NCBI GenBank assembly: GCA_963668025.2
Contig: CAXXTH010000017.1
Span: 704,001-768,000, forward strand
Source of the DNA: Candidatus Hydrogenedentota bacterium
Lineage (GTDB): Bacteria; Hydrogenedentota; Hydrogenedentia; Hydrogenedentales; SLHB01
Length of the DNA: 64,000 nt
Direction of reading: 5' to 3'
Each line of letters starts with the position of its first letter. Position 1 is the stretch's first letter. The notes beneath the pieces were generated by a model. The model saw only the letters and a list, made by a program, of their open reading frames with translations, had not been told where the DNA came from and searched no databases. The translations under genes were made by a program, and so were the position numbers. This document shows, one piece after another, positions 29,901 to 40,490 of this stretch.

Positions 29901-30512
29901 GTGCGCGGGTGGATAAGCGCGGGATTCGCGTTAGTAGCGGTGTGTGCGTGCGCCGGGTGTCCGAGTCCGGCTCCCGTCGACAAACGCTTCGAGCAAGCGG
30001 AATACCTGTTGCTCGAACAGCGATATGTGGAAGCGCGGACGCTCCTCAAGGAGTTTTTGCTTGATAATCCCACCCACTCGGGCGCGCACTATTATTTGGG
30101 CCGCAGTTACCTGGGTTCGGAAGATTTTTCGCTGGCCATTGCGGAAGGCGAGATCGTCACCGGACTCGATTTCTTTTTACAGCAAGACAAGCATAGCGCC
30201 ATTTCCCGGTTTCCGGATGGATATTTTGAATTGATTTGCCATGTGGATATTACGCGAATCAAATGCCTGCAAGCGCGGGTGGTCATTGAGAAAAATTTGC
30301 CTCCGGCTCTCGCGCGTGCATGCATTACCGAGGCGGAGGAAGCCGTCGCACACGCACGCGCAGTGAGTCCGGACGCGGGAGAAACAGCGGCGGCACAGGC
30401 CGAATTAGAACATACGAAAGCGCTTCTCGCGCAGTACCTGCATATGCCTGCGGTTCCTTCCGTTCCCGATGCGCCCGAGCATCCCGCATCCTCCCCCTCT
30501 ACGATGGTTTGA
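29901..30512 (+). CDS. TPR-like lipoprotein
   Basis: CAGC lipobox; AHYYLGRSYL TPR-like helix; GTG start right after the previous stop. Confidence 0.7.
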   Translation: MRGWISAGFALVAVCACAGCPSPAPVDKRFEQAEYLLLEQRYVEARTLLKEFLLDNPTHSGAHYYLGRSYLGSEDFSLAIAEGEIVTGLDFFLQQDKHSAISRFPDGYFELICHVDITRIKCLQARVVIEKNLPPALARACITEAEEAVAHARAVSPDAGETAAAQAELEHTKALLAQYLHMPAVPSVPDAPEHPASSPSTMV

Positions 30513-30699
30513 TCCGTAATCCCATTTGAGGGGATTACCGCAAATGACCATCGAGGACGCATGTCCCTTAATTAGGCACTGGCAAACGCGTTAAGCCCCG
30601 CCCCCAGTTCTCCCCTTTTCTCTATTGGAAGTGAGTGATGGATCCGTACTATTTGGCAAAGCGTTGTTTTCTTGCGAATATCTGGAGCAAATAGTTTCG

Positions 30700-30864
30700 G
30701 GATATGCTTTCATGTGCCGTTGTAGGGGCGTGTTGCACGCGCCCTCCCCTTTCCCGCATGGGCGAGACGCCCATGCTACGGGAGTTGCATGAATAGTGTA
30801 GAGGATATATTCGCGTTCATTCGCGTCCATTCGCGGTAAAAAACGAAACACTTTGGTTGCGGCC
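30700..30864 (+). repeat. About 165-bp composite repeat (MITE/BIME-like), copy 1
   Basis: Inverted near-copy at 61645-61811. Confidence 0.88.
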
Positions 30865-30933
30865 AAGCAGCGTTATGCCTATTCATAGTCAAAAAAAATA
30901 CGCGGGGAGAAAAAGCTCCTCCCCGCGCAATGA

Positions 30934-32226
30934 TTACTTCTCCAACGGATGCTTGAATGGTTCTACTTTCTTCGGTTCTTCCTTGGGTGCTTTCTTGGCT
31001 TCATCCGCCGGAGATTGTTCTTCTTTCTTTTCCTCTACGATATTCAGCGAACGCAACGCCCGATCGGGAAACGGCGGGAATGGATTCGTGGGCAGCAACT
31101 GGTACCAGTAGGCCGTTGCGCAGACATCATCCGAGCGCTCGTGCAATCCGCTGAATTTGATGCGATCCCATTCGCCGCGCTTGTAAAATTCATAGTACGG
31201 ATTGCCCTCTTCCGGGATCGCGCCATTTAATAAATCATAACCCATCTGCTGGATGGTGACCTTGATGTTCTCGTGGAAATACACCGGATCGAGGCAATGA
31301 TACCGGTACATGGACATGTATTTAGTCGTATTGGAGTCGAGCAGCGAGCCGGAGTATTGGTTTTGCCACACGCCCAATCCCCATGCGGAAAGGACGTAAT
31401 CTTCCGCCCCGGTGCCGCAGATCGTGGGGAAGTCCTTGTCTCCGTCAATATACATTTTGACTTCGCCCTCTCCCCACCACTGCCGAATACCATTGAACCG
31501 GTCGATAACGCCGATATTCGCGCCCATATAGCGCCCCTTGCCCTTGGTCTCTAAGATCACAAAATCTTCCCGGAGCTTGGTCACGGCCGTGCGGCGAAAT
31601 TGGGAGTGGAAATAGGGCGTGTTTTCATCGACTTTGTCGCCAAGGGTGTAGTCAAATTGGAAAAATACCGCACCGATGTCTTCACCCACGTCGTTACAAA
31701 TCTCGACGCGCGCTTTTTTGGCGAACGGCATCGGGAAAAAGCAGTTGAATCCGCGCGCCTCGGGCACCGCAAAAAATGCGCACTCGTATGCGACGCCATG
31801 TCCATGCGACATGCCGAAGAAATCACCAAACGGAGCTTCCACTGACGGAATTTTCTGGTCATCCCAGTAAAACCGTATAATCAGGTTGCGCAGGACCAGC
31901 GGATCATGCCGCCGCGCGATGGTGAACCAAATATGGCGGATGCACCCCGGGCCTTCGATTTCCGCGACCGTCCGCACCTCATCTTTTACCAGGTTGTAGA
32001 TGGCGGCGCTGCCTTTGCGTCCGCCTTGGGCTTGGCCGCCCTGCCCTTTCGCACCTGTTTGGTTTTCCATGGAAATGGCCCGGCTCTGCAACTGAGGTGA
32101 ATACAGCGGCATCCCGCCCAGCGACATGTCCGATGCTCCCGTATCTGCCGCTGCGGAAACGTCCAGCATCATCATGCCAGCACCCAACAGCAACATGACA
32201 AACCACATGCTTTTTTTCATCATCAT
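30934..32226 (-). CDS. Secreted DUF2961 / GH172-family protein
   Basis: RAISMEN, GPGCIRHIWFT, WWGEGE, GTGAEDY motifs; signal peptide. Confidence 0.88.
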   Translation of the reverse strand: MMMKKSMWFVMLLLGAGMMMLDVSAAADTGASDMSLGGMPLYSPQLQSRAISMENQTGAKGQGGQAQGGRKGSAAIYNLVKDEVRTVAEIEGPGCIRHIWFTIARRHDPLVLRNLIIRFYWDDQKIPSVEAPFGDFFGMSHGHGVAYECAFFAVPEARGFNCFFPMPFAKKARVEICNDVGEDIGAVFFQFDYTLGDKVDENTPYFHSQFRRTAVTKLREDFVILETKGKGRYMGANIGVIDRFNGIRQWWGEGEVKMYIDGDKDFPTICGTGAEDYVLSAWGLGVWQNQYSGSLLDSNTTKYMSMYRYHCLDPVYFHENIKVTIQQMGYDLLNGAIPEEGNPYYEFYKRGEWDRIKFSGLHERSDDVCATAYWYQLLPTNPFPPFPDRALRSLNIVEEKKEEQSPADEAKKAPKEEPKKVEPFKHPLEK

Positions 32227-32660
32227 CCTCTCCCTTGTGTGTGGATAGGTTCTTGTATGAGAACCATCCAATGCTCATTTTTTACAAGCAAATTCTATAA
32301 CCCCTGTGCAGTATCTTTAAGTTCTCATGCGCAAAAACGTGATGCCTGATAAACGCAATAGACCTTTCGTTATGATATGAAGGATGGGAAAATACCGCTA
32401 GAACCAAAAATGGGATAATTTGTATGATTTACCGATCAGGCGGATTCCATATCTGAAGGTAAATACCCAGAAATTCAGTTTATTGAAGAGCATGAGAGGA
32501 AAGCCTCACTGTGTTCTTTATGGCCAAACCATAATTAACAAAAAACACATCTTGCGGGAACTGTTTCACTTGCATGGTAAGCGCTGCTGCTGCTAAGGTG
32601 TTGGCGCAGGTACGGGAAGGGTTGTTATTCGTACAAGGGGATGGATCGCCATTACGCCCT

Positions 32661-34658
32661 ATGAAGAACGTCTATCAGATACGCGAAGTCTCAACGCTCT
32701 CCTTTAACGAGCGCGTGTTGCAAGAGGCGGAAGACGGCCGCAACCCACTTCTCGAGCGCCTGAAATTTCTCGGCATTTTCTCCTCCAACATGGATGAATT
32801 TTTCAAGGTGCGCGTCGCAAGCATGCACCGGCGCATCGAGTTGGGCAAAAAAGGCATGATCGAGGTGCTCGAGATCATCGCCGATAAAGCGCGCGATCTG
32901 GATGAGCGCTCCCAAGCGGCATACACGGATATCGTTTCGGCTCTCGAAGCGGAAGGCGTGAAAATCCTGGATGACCAAGATATCCGTGACCATGCCGAGA
33001 TCGCCGAGTGGCTGCATGATTATTTCCGCACGAACGTATTGCCGAGCTTGGTGCCGGTGATTGTGGGCAAGAAAATCCCCTTCCCCCAGCTCACGGACGG
33101 GGCGCTATATTTCGCCATCAAGATGTGGGCGGATAATCCCATGTACGCCATCCTCGAGATTCCGCCCGAACTGCCCCGCTTCGTCACCGTTCCAAACGGA
33201 AACATCATGTATATTGATGATGTGATCCGCCATTTCCTCAATGACATTTTCTACATATTCCACTACGAGCGCATCGCGGCGTATGAATTCAAGATTTCGA
33301 GGGATGCGGAGCTCGATATTGATAATGATTTCTCGGAAGGCTATGTCCGCAAGATGGAAAAAGTCTTGCAGCAACGAAAAGGCGGGCGGCCGACACGGAT
33401 CGTGTGCGACAATGAAATGCCCACCGGCCTCCGGCAGCTTATACAAAAAGGCCTTATGATTTCCGAAGACGACACCGTCATTAGCGGCGGGCGCTACCAC
33501 AACATGAAAGACTTAATGCGGTTTCCCGCCAACCGTCCGGATTTGTGCTTTAAGAAGCTCGAATCGGTGGAGCACCCCGTACTGGATTTCGAGCAGCTTC
33601 CCATGCTTGACACCATTCAGCAGCGGGATATCCTCATTACCTATCCGTACCAAGCTTTTGACCATTTAATCCGCCTGCTGCGCGAAGCCGCCATCGATCC
33701 GAGCGTACAGGAAATCAAAATGACGCTGTACCGCGCGGCGGCCCGCTCCCAGGTGGTGAACGCCTTATTCAACGCGGCGCGCAACGGCAAGAAGGTCTTC
33801 GTCAGCATCGAACTGCAAGCGCGGTTCGATGAACGGAACAACATCAAGATCGCCGAATTCCTCGCGGAACAAGGCGTCAATGTCGTGTATGGCGTACCGC
33901 CCATGAAAACCCATGGCAAGCTGCTTCTGATTCAACGCGAAGGCAGCCTATACGCGGGATTATCCACGGGCAACTTCAACGAAGTGACCGGGCGCTTATA
34001 TGTCGATAGCCTGTTGCTTACCGCGGACAAACGGCTCACCAATGAAGTGGCCACGGTCTTCCAATTTCTGGATGAAGCCTCGCGCATGCGTACGCTAACG
34101 CCGCCTAAGTTCAAGCATTTGCTGGTCTCTCCATTCAACTCGCGCAAGACCATCATGAAATTGCTGGCGCGCGAGATGGCGAAAAAGAAAAAAGGCTACG
34201 TCCTCATCAAGGTGAACCATCTCACGGATGAGAAGATCATCACCCGCATCCGGGAAGCGGCCAGCGCGGGAGTGCGGATGGATCTGATTGTCCGCACCAC
34301 CTACGCCATGCTGCCCCACAAAAATATCCGGGCCATCTCGATACTCGACCGCTATCTCGAGCATCAGCGGATCTATATTTTCGGGCGGGACGACGACCGC
34401 GTCGTGCTGATGAGTTCGGCGGATCTGATGGAACGCAATCTCGACTGGCGTGTTGAAGTGGCCTTCCCCATTTTTAACCGGGATTTACAGGATGAAGTCG
34501 TCCACATGATGGAGCTTCAAGTGGCGGACCAGTATAAAGCGCGCATTCTCGACGAAACGCAGTGCAATCAATATGCCGGCGAGGGTAAGGGCGAAATGGG
34601 CGCGCAAAACGCCACCTACCTGTTCTTCAAGGAAATGGCCGCCTCCATGGAATCCTGA
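32661..34658 (+). CDS. ppk1: Polyphosphate kinase 1
   Basis: FNERVLQEA, SSNMDEFF.VRVA, ELQARFDE, STGNFN, RYLEH, SADLMERNL. Confidence 0.96.
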   Translation: MKNVYQIREVSTLSFNERVLQEAEDGRNPLLERLKFLGIFSSNMDEFFKVRVASMHRRIELGKKGMIEVLEIIADKARDLDERSQAAYTDIVSALEAEGVKILDDQDIRDHAEIAEWLHDYFRTNVLPSLVPVIVGKKIPFPQLTDGALYFAIKMWADNPMYAILEIPPELPRFVTVPNGNIMYIDDVIRHFLNDIFYIFHYERIAAYEFKISRDAELDIDNDFSEGYVRKMEKVLQQRKGGRPTRIVCDNEMPTGLRQLIQKGLMISEDDTVISGGRYHNMKDLMRFPANRPDLCFKKLESVEHPVLDFEQLPMLDTIQQRDILITYPYQAFDHLIRLLREAAIDPSVQEIKMTLYRAAARSQVVNALFNAARNGKKVFVSIELQARFDERNNIKIAEFLAEQGVNVVYGVPPMKTHGKLLLIQREGSLYAGLSTGNFNEVTGRLYVDSLLLTADKRLTNEVATVFQFLDEASRMRTLTPPKFKHLLVSPFNSRKTIMKLLAREMAKKKKGYVLIKVNHLTDEKIITRIREAASAGVRMDLIVRTTYAMLPHKNIRAISILDRYLEHQRIYIFGRDDDRVVLMSSADLMERNLDWRVEVAFPIFNRDLQDEVVHMMELQVADQYKARILDETQCNQYAGEGKGEMGAQNATYLFFKEMAASMES

Positions 34659-34683
34659 GTGCCAGCAAAGCCCTATTTTCATA

Positions 34684-36066
34684 TCAATAGGTCAAAAAGG
34701 CGTAGCGCAGGATCAGCGCCAAAGCGATCACATACATGATCGGATGTACTTCCCGGGGCCGGCCCGATAAAGGCTTAATGACCGCAAATGAAATGCATCC
34801 CATGGCTATGCCTTCGGTGATGGCATATCCAAAAGCCATCATCACGACAGTCAGGAAGGCTGGCAAGCTTTCCGTGAAGTCATCCCATTGCACCCGGCGC
34901 AACGGGGCCATCATGAGGTAGCCCACGACGATGAGCGCGGGAGCCACGGCGGGATACATGGCCACGAAAACGCCTGAATCAGGCCCGTAAAAAGCAGGCC
35001 CAATATCCTGGCCCACAATATGGACGATGGGGCGAAACAACAGCGCGCCTAAAAAGCATAAGCCGGTGACTATCGAAGCGAGGCCTGTCCGCGCACCCGC
35101 CGCCACGCCTGCGGCGCTCTCGATAAATGAAGTCACCGTGGAGGTGCCAAACAACGCACCCACGCACGTCGCCATGGCATCTGAAAAGAACGCCTTGCCA
35201 GACCTCGGCAAACGGCCATCTTCACCAATAAAACCCGCCTGTTTGCCCACTCCCACAAGTGTGCCAACCGTGTCAAAAAAAACAAGAAAGAAGAAGAGGC
35301 CAATCGCAATTAAAGCATTCTGCCAATTCGCAACCAGCTCCGAAAAATTGAGCGCGAAAAAGGTCTCGCCAGACCACTGGACCGGTTCGGAAGTGGCCGG
35401 GAGTATGCCCGTGAGCACGCCCAGTCCTGATGAGAACAGGATGCCAAACAAAATAGCGCCTCGGAATCGGAAAGAAAGCAGCGCCGATATGAGCAAGACG
35501 CCAATGAGCGTGATCAGGGGCGCACCCTTATGCAGGCTGCCAATCTTGACCATGGTCGAACTGCTATGCACTACAATGCCGCCCCATTGAAGCCCGATGA
35601 AGGCGATGAACAGGCCAATGCCTGGGCCGATGGCGTTTTTGAGGCATTCCGGCATCACATCAAGCAGCCGCTCCCGCGCGCCAATGAGGGTGATTAAAAC
35701 GAATAGAACCCCCGAGATGAACACGATGGCCAAACCGGCTTGCCAGGAGAAGCCCATCCCTCCCATTGCCGCCGTTCCGCAAACGGTGAACGCAAAGAGA
35801 AAATTCTCGCCCATGCCCGGCGCAAGGGCGAATGGATATCGCGATAATAATCCCATCAAAAAACAGGCGAACGCGGATGATAAGCAAGTAGCCAGCAAGA
35901 CGGAGCCAAAAGGCATGCCTGCCGCAGCCAGGATCGTCGGCTGGACAAAAACGATGTAGCTCATGGTGGCGAATGTGGTGAGGCCGCCAACGACTTCCCG
36001 GCGTATGGTCGAGCCTGATCGGCTGATCCCAAAATAGGCATCAATCCGGTGCAACACTTGAGACAT
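34684..36066 (-). CDS. NCS2/AzgA-family purine permease
   Basis: GGLTTFATMSYI, LAPGMG, FDTVGT, ESAAGV.AG.RTG. Confidence 0.93.
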   Translation of the reverse strand: MSQVLHRIDAYFGISRSGSTIRREVVGGLTTFATMSYIVFVQPTILAAAGMPFGSVLLATCLSSAFACFLMGLLSRYPFALAPGMGENFLFAFTVCGTAAMGGMGFSWQAGLAIVFISGVLFVLITLIGARERLLDVMPECLKNAIGPGIGLFIAFIGLQWGGIVVHSSSTMVKIGSLHKGAPLITLIGVLLISALLSFRFRGAILFGILFSSGLGVLTGILPATSEPVQWSGETFFALNFSELVANWQNALIAIGLFFFLVFFDTVGTLVGVGKQAGFIGEDGRLPRSGKAFFSDAMATCVGALFGTSTVTSFIESAAGVAAGARTGLASIVTGLCFLGALLFRPIVHIVGQDIGPAFYGPDSGVFVAMYPAVAPALIVVGYLMMAPLRRVQWDDFTESLPAFLTVVMMAFGYAITEGIAMGCISFAVIKPLSGRPREVHPIMYVIALALILRYAFLTY

Positions 36067-36299
36067 GGATTTCCCCTAAGCAAAACCGCTTTTGACGGAT
36101 ACGTGAACATAACACAATAAAGTATAGCGTTCATTACCGGATTATGTCCAAGCAACGCGCAGTATTTTTAAATTTCCATGGCTCCATTTGCTTTCAGTGG
36201 TTCAGGCCTATACTATCGTACAGGTAGAGCATGCTTTGGGGAAAAATGAATGCTTCGCCTGGCGTACGGTTCAATACCCGTATGAATGGAGGTTTCGCG

Positions 36300-37265
36300 G
36301 TGGGAGCGGATGTACAATACTTGCAAGATATGCTGGCGCGGGCGCGCACGGAAACGGCCAAAGTGATCATTGGCCAGGATGCCGTGGTGAATATGGCGCT
36401 CACGGCTATCATGGCGAACCATCACGCCTTGATCGAGGGCGTTCCAGGCGTCGCCAAGACGTTACTGGTGCGGACGCTTGCCCATGTGCTGGGCTGCGAA
36501 TTCGCCCGCATCCAATTCACGCCCGATCTCATGCCCGCGGATATCACCGGCACTAACGTATTTAATATGCAACAAAATGCCTTTACGCTGGTGAAAGGAC
36601 CGATATTCACCACCTTTCTGCTTGCGGATGAGATCAACCGCGCACCCGCTAAAACCCAGTCGGCCCTCTTGCAGGCCATGCAGGAGCGGCAAGTCTCGAT
36701 TGATCGGGAGAGCCATCCGCTCTCGCCCAATTTTACGGTCTTCGCAACCCAGAATCCTATTGAATATGAAGGCACCTATCCCCTGCCGGAAGCGCAAAAA
36801 GACCGGTTCATGCTTAAAGTGATTATGGAATGTCCTGAACGTGAGGAAGAATTGGGCTTGGCGCGGCGGATGCTGGGAAATGATTCACCGGAGGAAGTAC
36901 TGGCCAGCGGCGCGGTGAGCGCCGTGCTTGGACCAAATGAACTGGCGGGATTGCGGCGGACCCTCCTCGAAGTGTCCGTGCGCGATGAATTGCTCGGGTA
37001 TATTGTGGATTTGGTTCGGATGACCCGCCAGGACGACCGGGTGATGGTGGGCGCTGGCCCTCGGGCCACGCAGGCGCTTGTCGCCAGTTCGCGCGTCGCG
37101 GCCATATTGGAAGGGCGGGATTTCGTCACGCCTGATGATGTGAAAGGAATGGCCGCGCCTGTGCTGGGCCACCGCCTTATACTCAGGCCCGAATACGAAA
37201 TCGAAGGGCTGGGCATAGGCGAAGTCGTGGACCATATCTTACAGGCCGTTGCCGTGCCTAGATAA
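36300..37265 (+). CDS. MoxR-family AAA+ ATPase
   Basis: GVPGVAKT, RIQFTPDLMP, DEINRAPAKTQSALL; GTG start after GGAGG. Confidence 0.95.
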   Translation: MGADVQYLQDMLARARTETAKVIIGQDAVVNMALTAIMANHHALIEGVPGVAKTLLVRTLAHVLGCEFARIQFTPDLMPADITGTNVFNMQQNAFTLVKGPIFTTFLLADEINRAPAKTQSALLQAMQERQVSIDRESHPLSPNFTVFATQNPIEYEGTYPLPEAQKDRFMLKVIMECPEREEELGLARRMLGNDSPEEVLASGAVSAVLGPNELAGLRRTLLEVSVRDELLGYIVDLVRMTRQDDRVMVGAGPRATQALVASSRVAAILEGRDFVTPDDVKGMAAPVLGHRLILRPEYEIEGLGIGEVVDHILQAVAVPR

Positions 37266-37305
37266 TTGCCTTTGGCGAAGTGATGAGGTGCATCAGCGAA
37301 TACGC

Positions 37306-38655
37306 ATGAAACGTTCTTTGACGCCTTCAAATCGGTTACTGGCCATGGCTGCCATAGCGGGCATTCCGCTTGCGGGGATAGCAGGAGCGCTCCCTGGATG
37401 GGGAGCCCTTGCAAGCGCATTTGGAGTGGGGCTACTTTTTGCGATTATCATGGATGCGTTGCTTTCCCGAAATCAGCTCGAGCATGTCCAAGCATTCCTT
37501 CCCAAAATCATTCACTTAACTAAGGATAGAGAAAGCGGAATTGCGATCCACCTTCGCCATTCTCCTTCCAAAACAGTGAGGATTCAGCTTGGCCTCGACA
37601 TGCCTGTACCATTTGAAACGCTCCAAGAAGAGATTTCCGTGTCGTTTCCCGCCAATACCGAACATCTGATCGTGGAGTGGATTTGTACGCCTCGAAGCCG
37701 TGGGCGTTTTGAGCTGAACGCCGTTTATCTGGAAGCCGCGTCCTTATTTGGATTCTGGACCATACGCGCCACGAAACCCGTGGAAGCAGAGCTTCGCGTG
37801 TATCCGAATTTGTTTCAAGACCGGCAAAAACTCGCGGGATTGTTTTTGAATCGAGGTCATTTTGGTATTCATGCCCAGAGGCAAATAGGAAAAGGGCGCG
37901 AGTTTGAACAACTGCGGGATTACATCCCAGGCGATAGCTATGAAGAGATTAGCTGGAAAGCCACCGCAAAACGAGGACGGCCCATCACTAAAGTGTTCCA
38001 AATCGAACGCACGCAAGAGATCTATGTCATTATCGATGCTTCCCGGTTAAGCGCGCGAAATGCGCCCGATGCCACTTCTCTGCGGCCCTCCAGCCAATTG
38101 GAGCGCTTTCTTACTGCTGCATTAATTCTCGGATTGGCCACGGAACAACAGGGAGACTTATTTGGATTGGTAGTCTTCTCTGACTGTATCCAGCAATTTG
38201 TACGGGCGCGCACGGGCAAAACCCATTTCGGCCTTTGCCGCGACGCCTTATATCAGCTAGAGCCCGGGAAGGCCAGTCCGGATTACGGAGAATTGGCTTC
38301 TTTTCTCCGAACAAGGCTGCGGAGAAGATCCTTGCTGCTATTTCTAGCTAATCTGGACGACCCCATAGCCGCGGAAGATTTCACGCGTGTGGCGCCGTTG
38401 CTTACTCGGCAACATTTAGTGTTAGTGGATATGCCCGCACCCGCAACTATCCAGCCCCTATTCAGCCATGGCGGCGTGAAAGAGGAAGAGGACGTGTATA
38501 GCGCGCTTTCGGGGCATATGCAATGGCATGCCCTAAAACAACTGGAGCAGATTTTGCACCGGGAAGGCGCAAGCTTTTTTCTAGTCAATAACGAGAACCT
38601 GTCTGTACAGCTCGTGACGCAATATATGAATATTAAACGGAGACAATCGTTGTGA
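37306..38655 (+). CDS. DUF58 (vWA-like) protein
   Basis: EFEQLRDYIPGD..ISWKATA; typical MoxR partner. Confidence 0.92.
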   Translation: MKRSLTPSNRLLAMAAIAGIPLAGIAGALPGWGALASAFGVGLLFAIIMDALLSRNQLEHVQAFLPKIIHLTKDRESGIAIHLRHSPSKTVRIQLGLDMPVPFETLQEEISVSFPANTEHLIVEWICTPRSRGRFELNAVYLEAASLFGFWTIRATKPVEAELRVYPNLFQDRQKLAGLFLNRGHFGIHAQRQIGKGREFEQLRDYIPGDSYEEISWKATAKRGRPITKVFQIERTQEIYVIIDASRLSARNAPDATSLRPSSQLERFLTAALILGLATEQQGDLFGLVVFSDCIQQFVRARTGKTHFGLCRDALYQLEPGKASPDYGELASFLRTRLRRRSLLLFLANLDDPIAAEDFTRVAPLLTRQHLVLVDMPAPATIQPLFSHGGVKEEEDVYSALSGHMQWHALKQLEQILHREGASFFLVNNENLSVQLVTQYMNIKRRQSL

Positions 38656-39653
38656 TCATCGATCTGGAACGATTCATCCAAGCCGAACGGCCATGCTGGC
38701 AAGAGCTTGAACGCATACTTGAACGGCTTGAGGGTGATCCGGGCGCGGCGCTGGAGATGGCTGAACTTCGGCGATTCCACTACTTATATCAGCGGGCCGC
38801 CAGCGATCTTGCCCGCGCGCAAACATTCGCTTCCGAGCCAGAGCTTCAGCATTATCTGGAAGCCTTGTCCGCGCGCGCATACGGGGAAGCCCATGATGCC
38901 AGGCGGCGTGGGCATCGATTCCGTCCCATACACTGGTTTTTCCATCTGTTTCCGCAAACTTTCCGAAGACGAAAAATCGCCTTTGCCGTTTCTTTGGTGG
39001 TGACGCTTGCGGGCGTGGTATTTGGATGCGCCGCGCTGGCGCTCGATCCGGAATCGAAAGACGCACTAATCCGTATGCAGCATCTGCAAGGAAAGCCTTC
39101 AGAACGGGTGGCTCACGAGGAATCTGAAATAGACGAGAGAAATGCTGGGGAGATGTCCGCATTTAGTAGTTATCTAATCACAAACAATATTAAAGTATCG
39201 ATTCTTACCATGGGATTAGGCGTTACGTTTGGGATTGGCAGCATCATTGTTTTATTTTCGAATGGAGTCATGCTTGGCGCGGTGGCGATGGATTATCTAC
39301 TCGATGGCCAAGCCCGCTTCATGCTGGGCTGGTTGTTGCCACATGGCTCCATCGAGATCCCGGCGATAGTGCTCGCAGGCCAGGCAGGTTTTGTGATAGC
39401 AGGAGCTATGATAGGCTGGGGAGATCAGGAAAGCATGAAAGCACGCTTGCGCAAAGCAGCTCCTGATACGGTGTCTATCATCGGCGGGGTGGCCGTCATG
39501 CTGGTTTGGGCGGGAATTGTTGAAGGTTTTTTATCGCAGTACCATGAGCCCTATTTTCCATATCTGGTCAAGATCGCTTTTGGAGCAGCCGAGTTCATGT
39601 TATTGTGGATGTTTCTTGGCGTATCTGGCAGGAATAAAGAAGTAAAAGAATAG
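38652..39653 (+). CDS. SpoIIM/DUF95-family membrane protein
   Basis: NNIKV, NG.MLG, LLPHGSIE, AGIVEG. Confidence 0.9.
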   Translation: MIIDLERFIQAERPCWQELERILERLEGDPGAALEMAELRRFHYLYQRAASDLARAQTFASEPELQHYLEALSARAYGEAHDARRRGHRFRPIHWFFHLFPQTFRRRKIAFAVSLVVTLAGVVFGCAALALDPESKDALIRMQHLQGKPSERVAHEESEIDERNAGEMSAFSSYLITNNIKVSILTMGLGVTFGIGSIIVLFSNGVMLGAVAMDYLLDGQARFMLGWLLPHGSIEIPAIVLAGQAGFVIAGAMIGWGDQESMKARLRKAAPDTVSIIGGVAVMLVWAGIVEGFLSQYHEPYFPYLVKIAFGAAEFMLLWMFLGVSGRNKEVKE

Positions 39654-39688
39654 CGAAGCAGAATAATTAAAAAATGGGAGAAGCAGAA

Positions 39689-40471
39689 ATGAAGCGGTGG
39701 AATGGAAAGATAATTCTATTGGTGTTGCTTTTGGCCGTATGCGCGGGTTGCCTGCCATTTGGACAAGGAAAGTTATATCAATATTCAACTATCAATGCCT
39801 TGATGGTGGGGGTGTATGAAGGAAGCCTATCCGTGCGCGAGGCGAAAATGCGCGGCGATTTCGGCCTTGGCACCTTCAATCACCTGGATGGAGAAATGGT
39901 CCTATTGGATGGCATGATGTATCAAGTGCCTTTCGATGGAAAAGTAAAGATTATGGAAGATGGGCAATGCATTCCATTCACTGCCGTCTCTTTTTTCGAC
40001 GCCGATCAGGAAATACCCATAGCAGCAGGATTATCGTACGTGGAATTCCAAAAAGCTATTGTTGAGAGCTTTCCTTCGAAGAATGTGATTTACGCCATTC
40101 GCCTCGATGGCGTTTTCACCACCATGCACACGCGCAGCGTACCTCGCCAAGATCCCCCATATAGGCCATTATCGGAGGTTGTAAAAGAACAAAGCGAATT
40201 CACCTTTGAAAACGTACAAGGAACATTGGTGGGGTATTGGCTGCCCGCATATGTGGAAGGTATTAACGTTCCGGGGTATCATCTCCACTTTTTGACCGCG
40301 GACAGAACCGCGGGTGGGCATGTATTGGATTTTACCACCAGCGCGGGAACAGTCAAAGTAGATGCTTTATACAGCGTGGATATGGAATTGCCCAATGATC
40401 AAGCATTCTTGAATGCCGATCTGATGGGTGATACGTCGGACGATCTTGAGGATGTGGAAAAGCCGAAGTGA
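39689..40471 (+). CDS. budA: Alpha-acetolactate decarboxylase with lipoprotein signal
   Basis: YQYSTINAL, GDFGLGTF..LDGE, GYHLHF..GGH zinc site; N-terminal CAGC lipobox. Confidence 0.9.
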   Translation: MKRWNGKIILLVLLLAVCAGCLPFGQGKLYQYSTINALMVGVYEGSLSVREAKMRGDFGLGTFNHLDGEMVLLDGMMYQVPFDGKVKIMEDGQCIPFTAVSFFDADQEIPIAAGLSYVEFQKAIVESFPSKNVIYAIRLDGVFTTMHTRSVPRQDPPYRPLSEVVKEQSEFTFENVQGTLVGYWLPAYVEGINVPGYHLHFLTADRTAGGHVLDFTTSAGTVKVDALYSVDMELPNDQAFLNADLMGDTSDDLEDVEKPK

Positions 40472-40490
40472 GAATGCGAGGGAAAATGGC

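Noticed and set aside
29156-30073. Long antisense ORFs opposite real genes (also 15694-16407, 54213-54995)
   Set aside because: Shadow frames expected from GC-rich codon usage.
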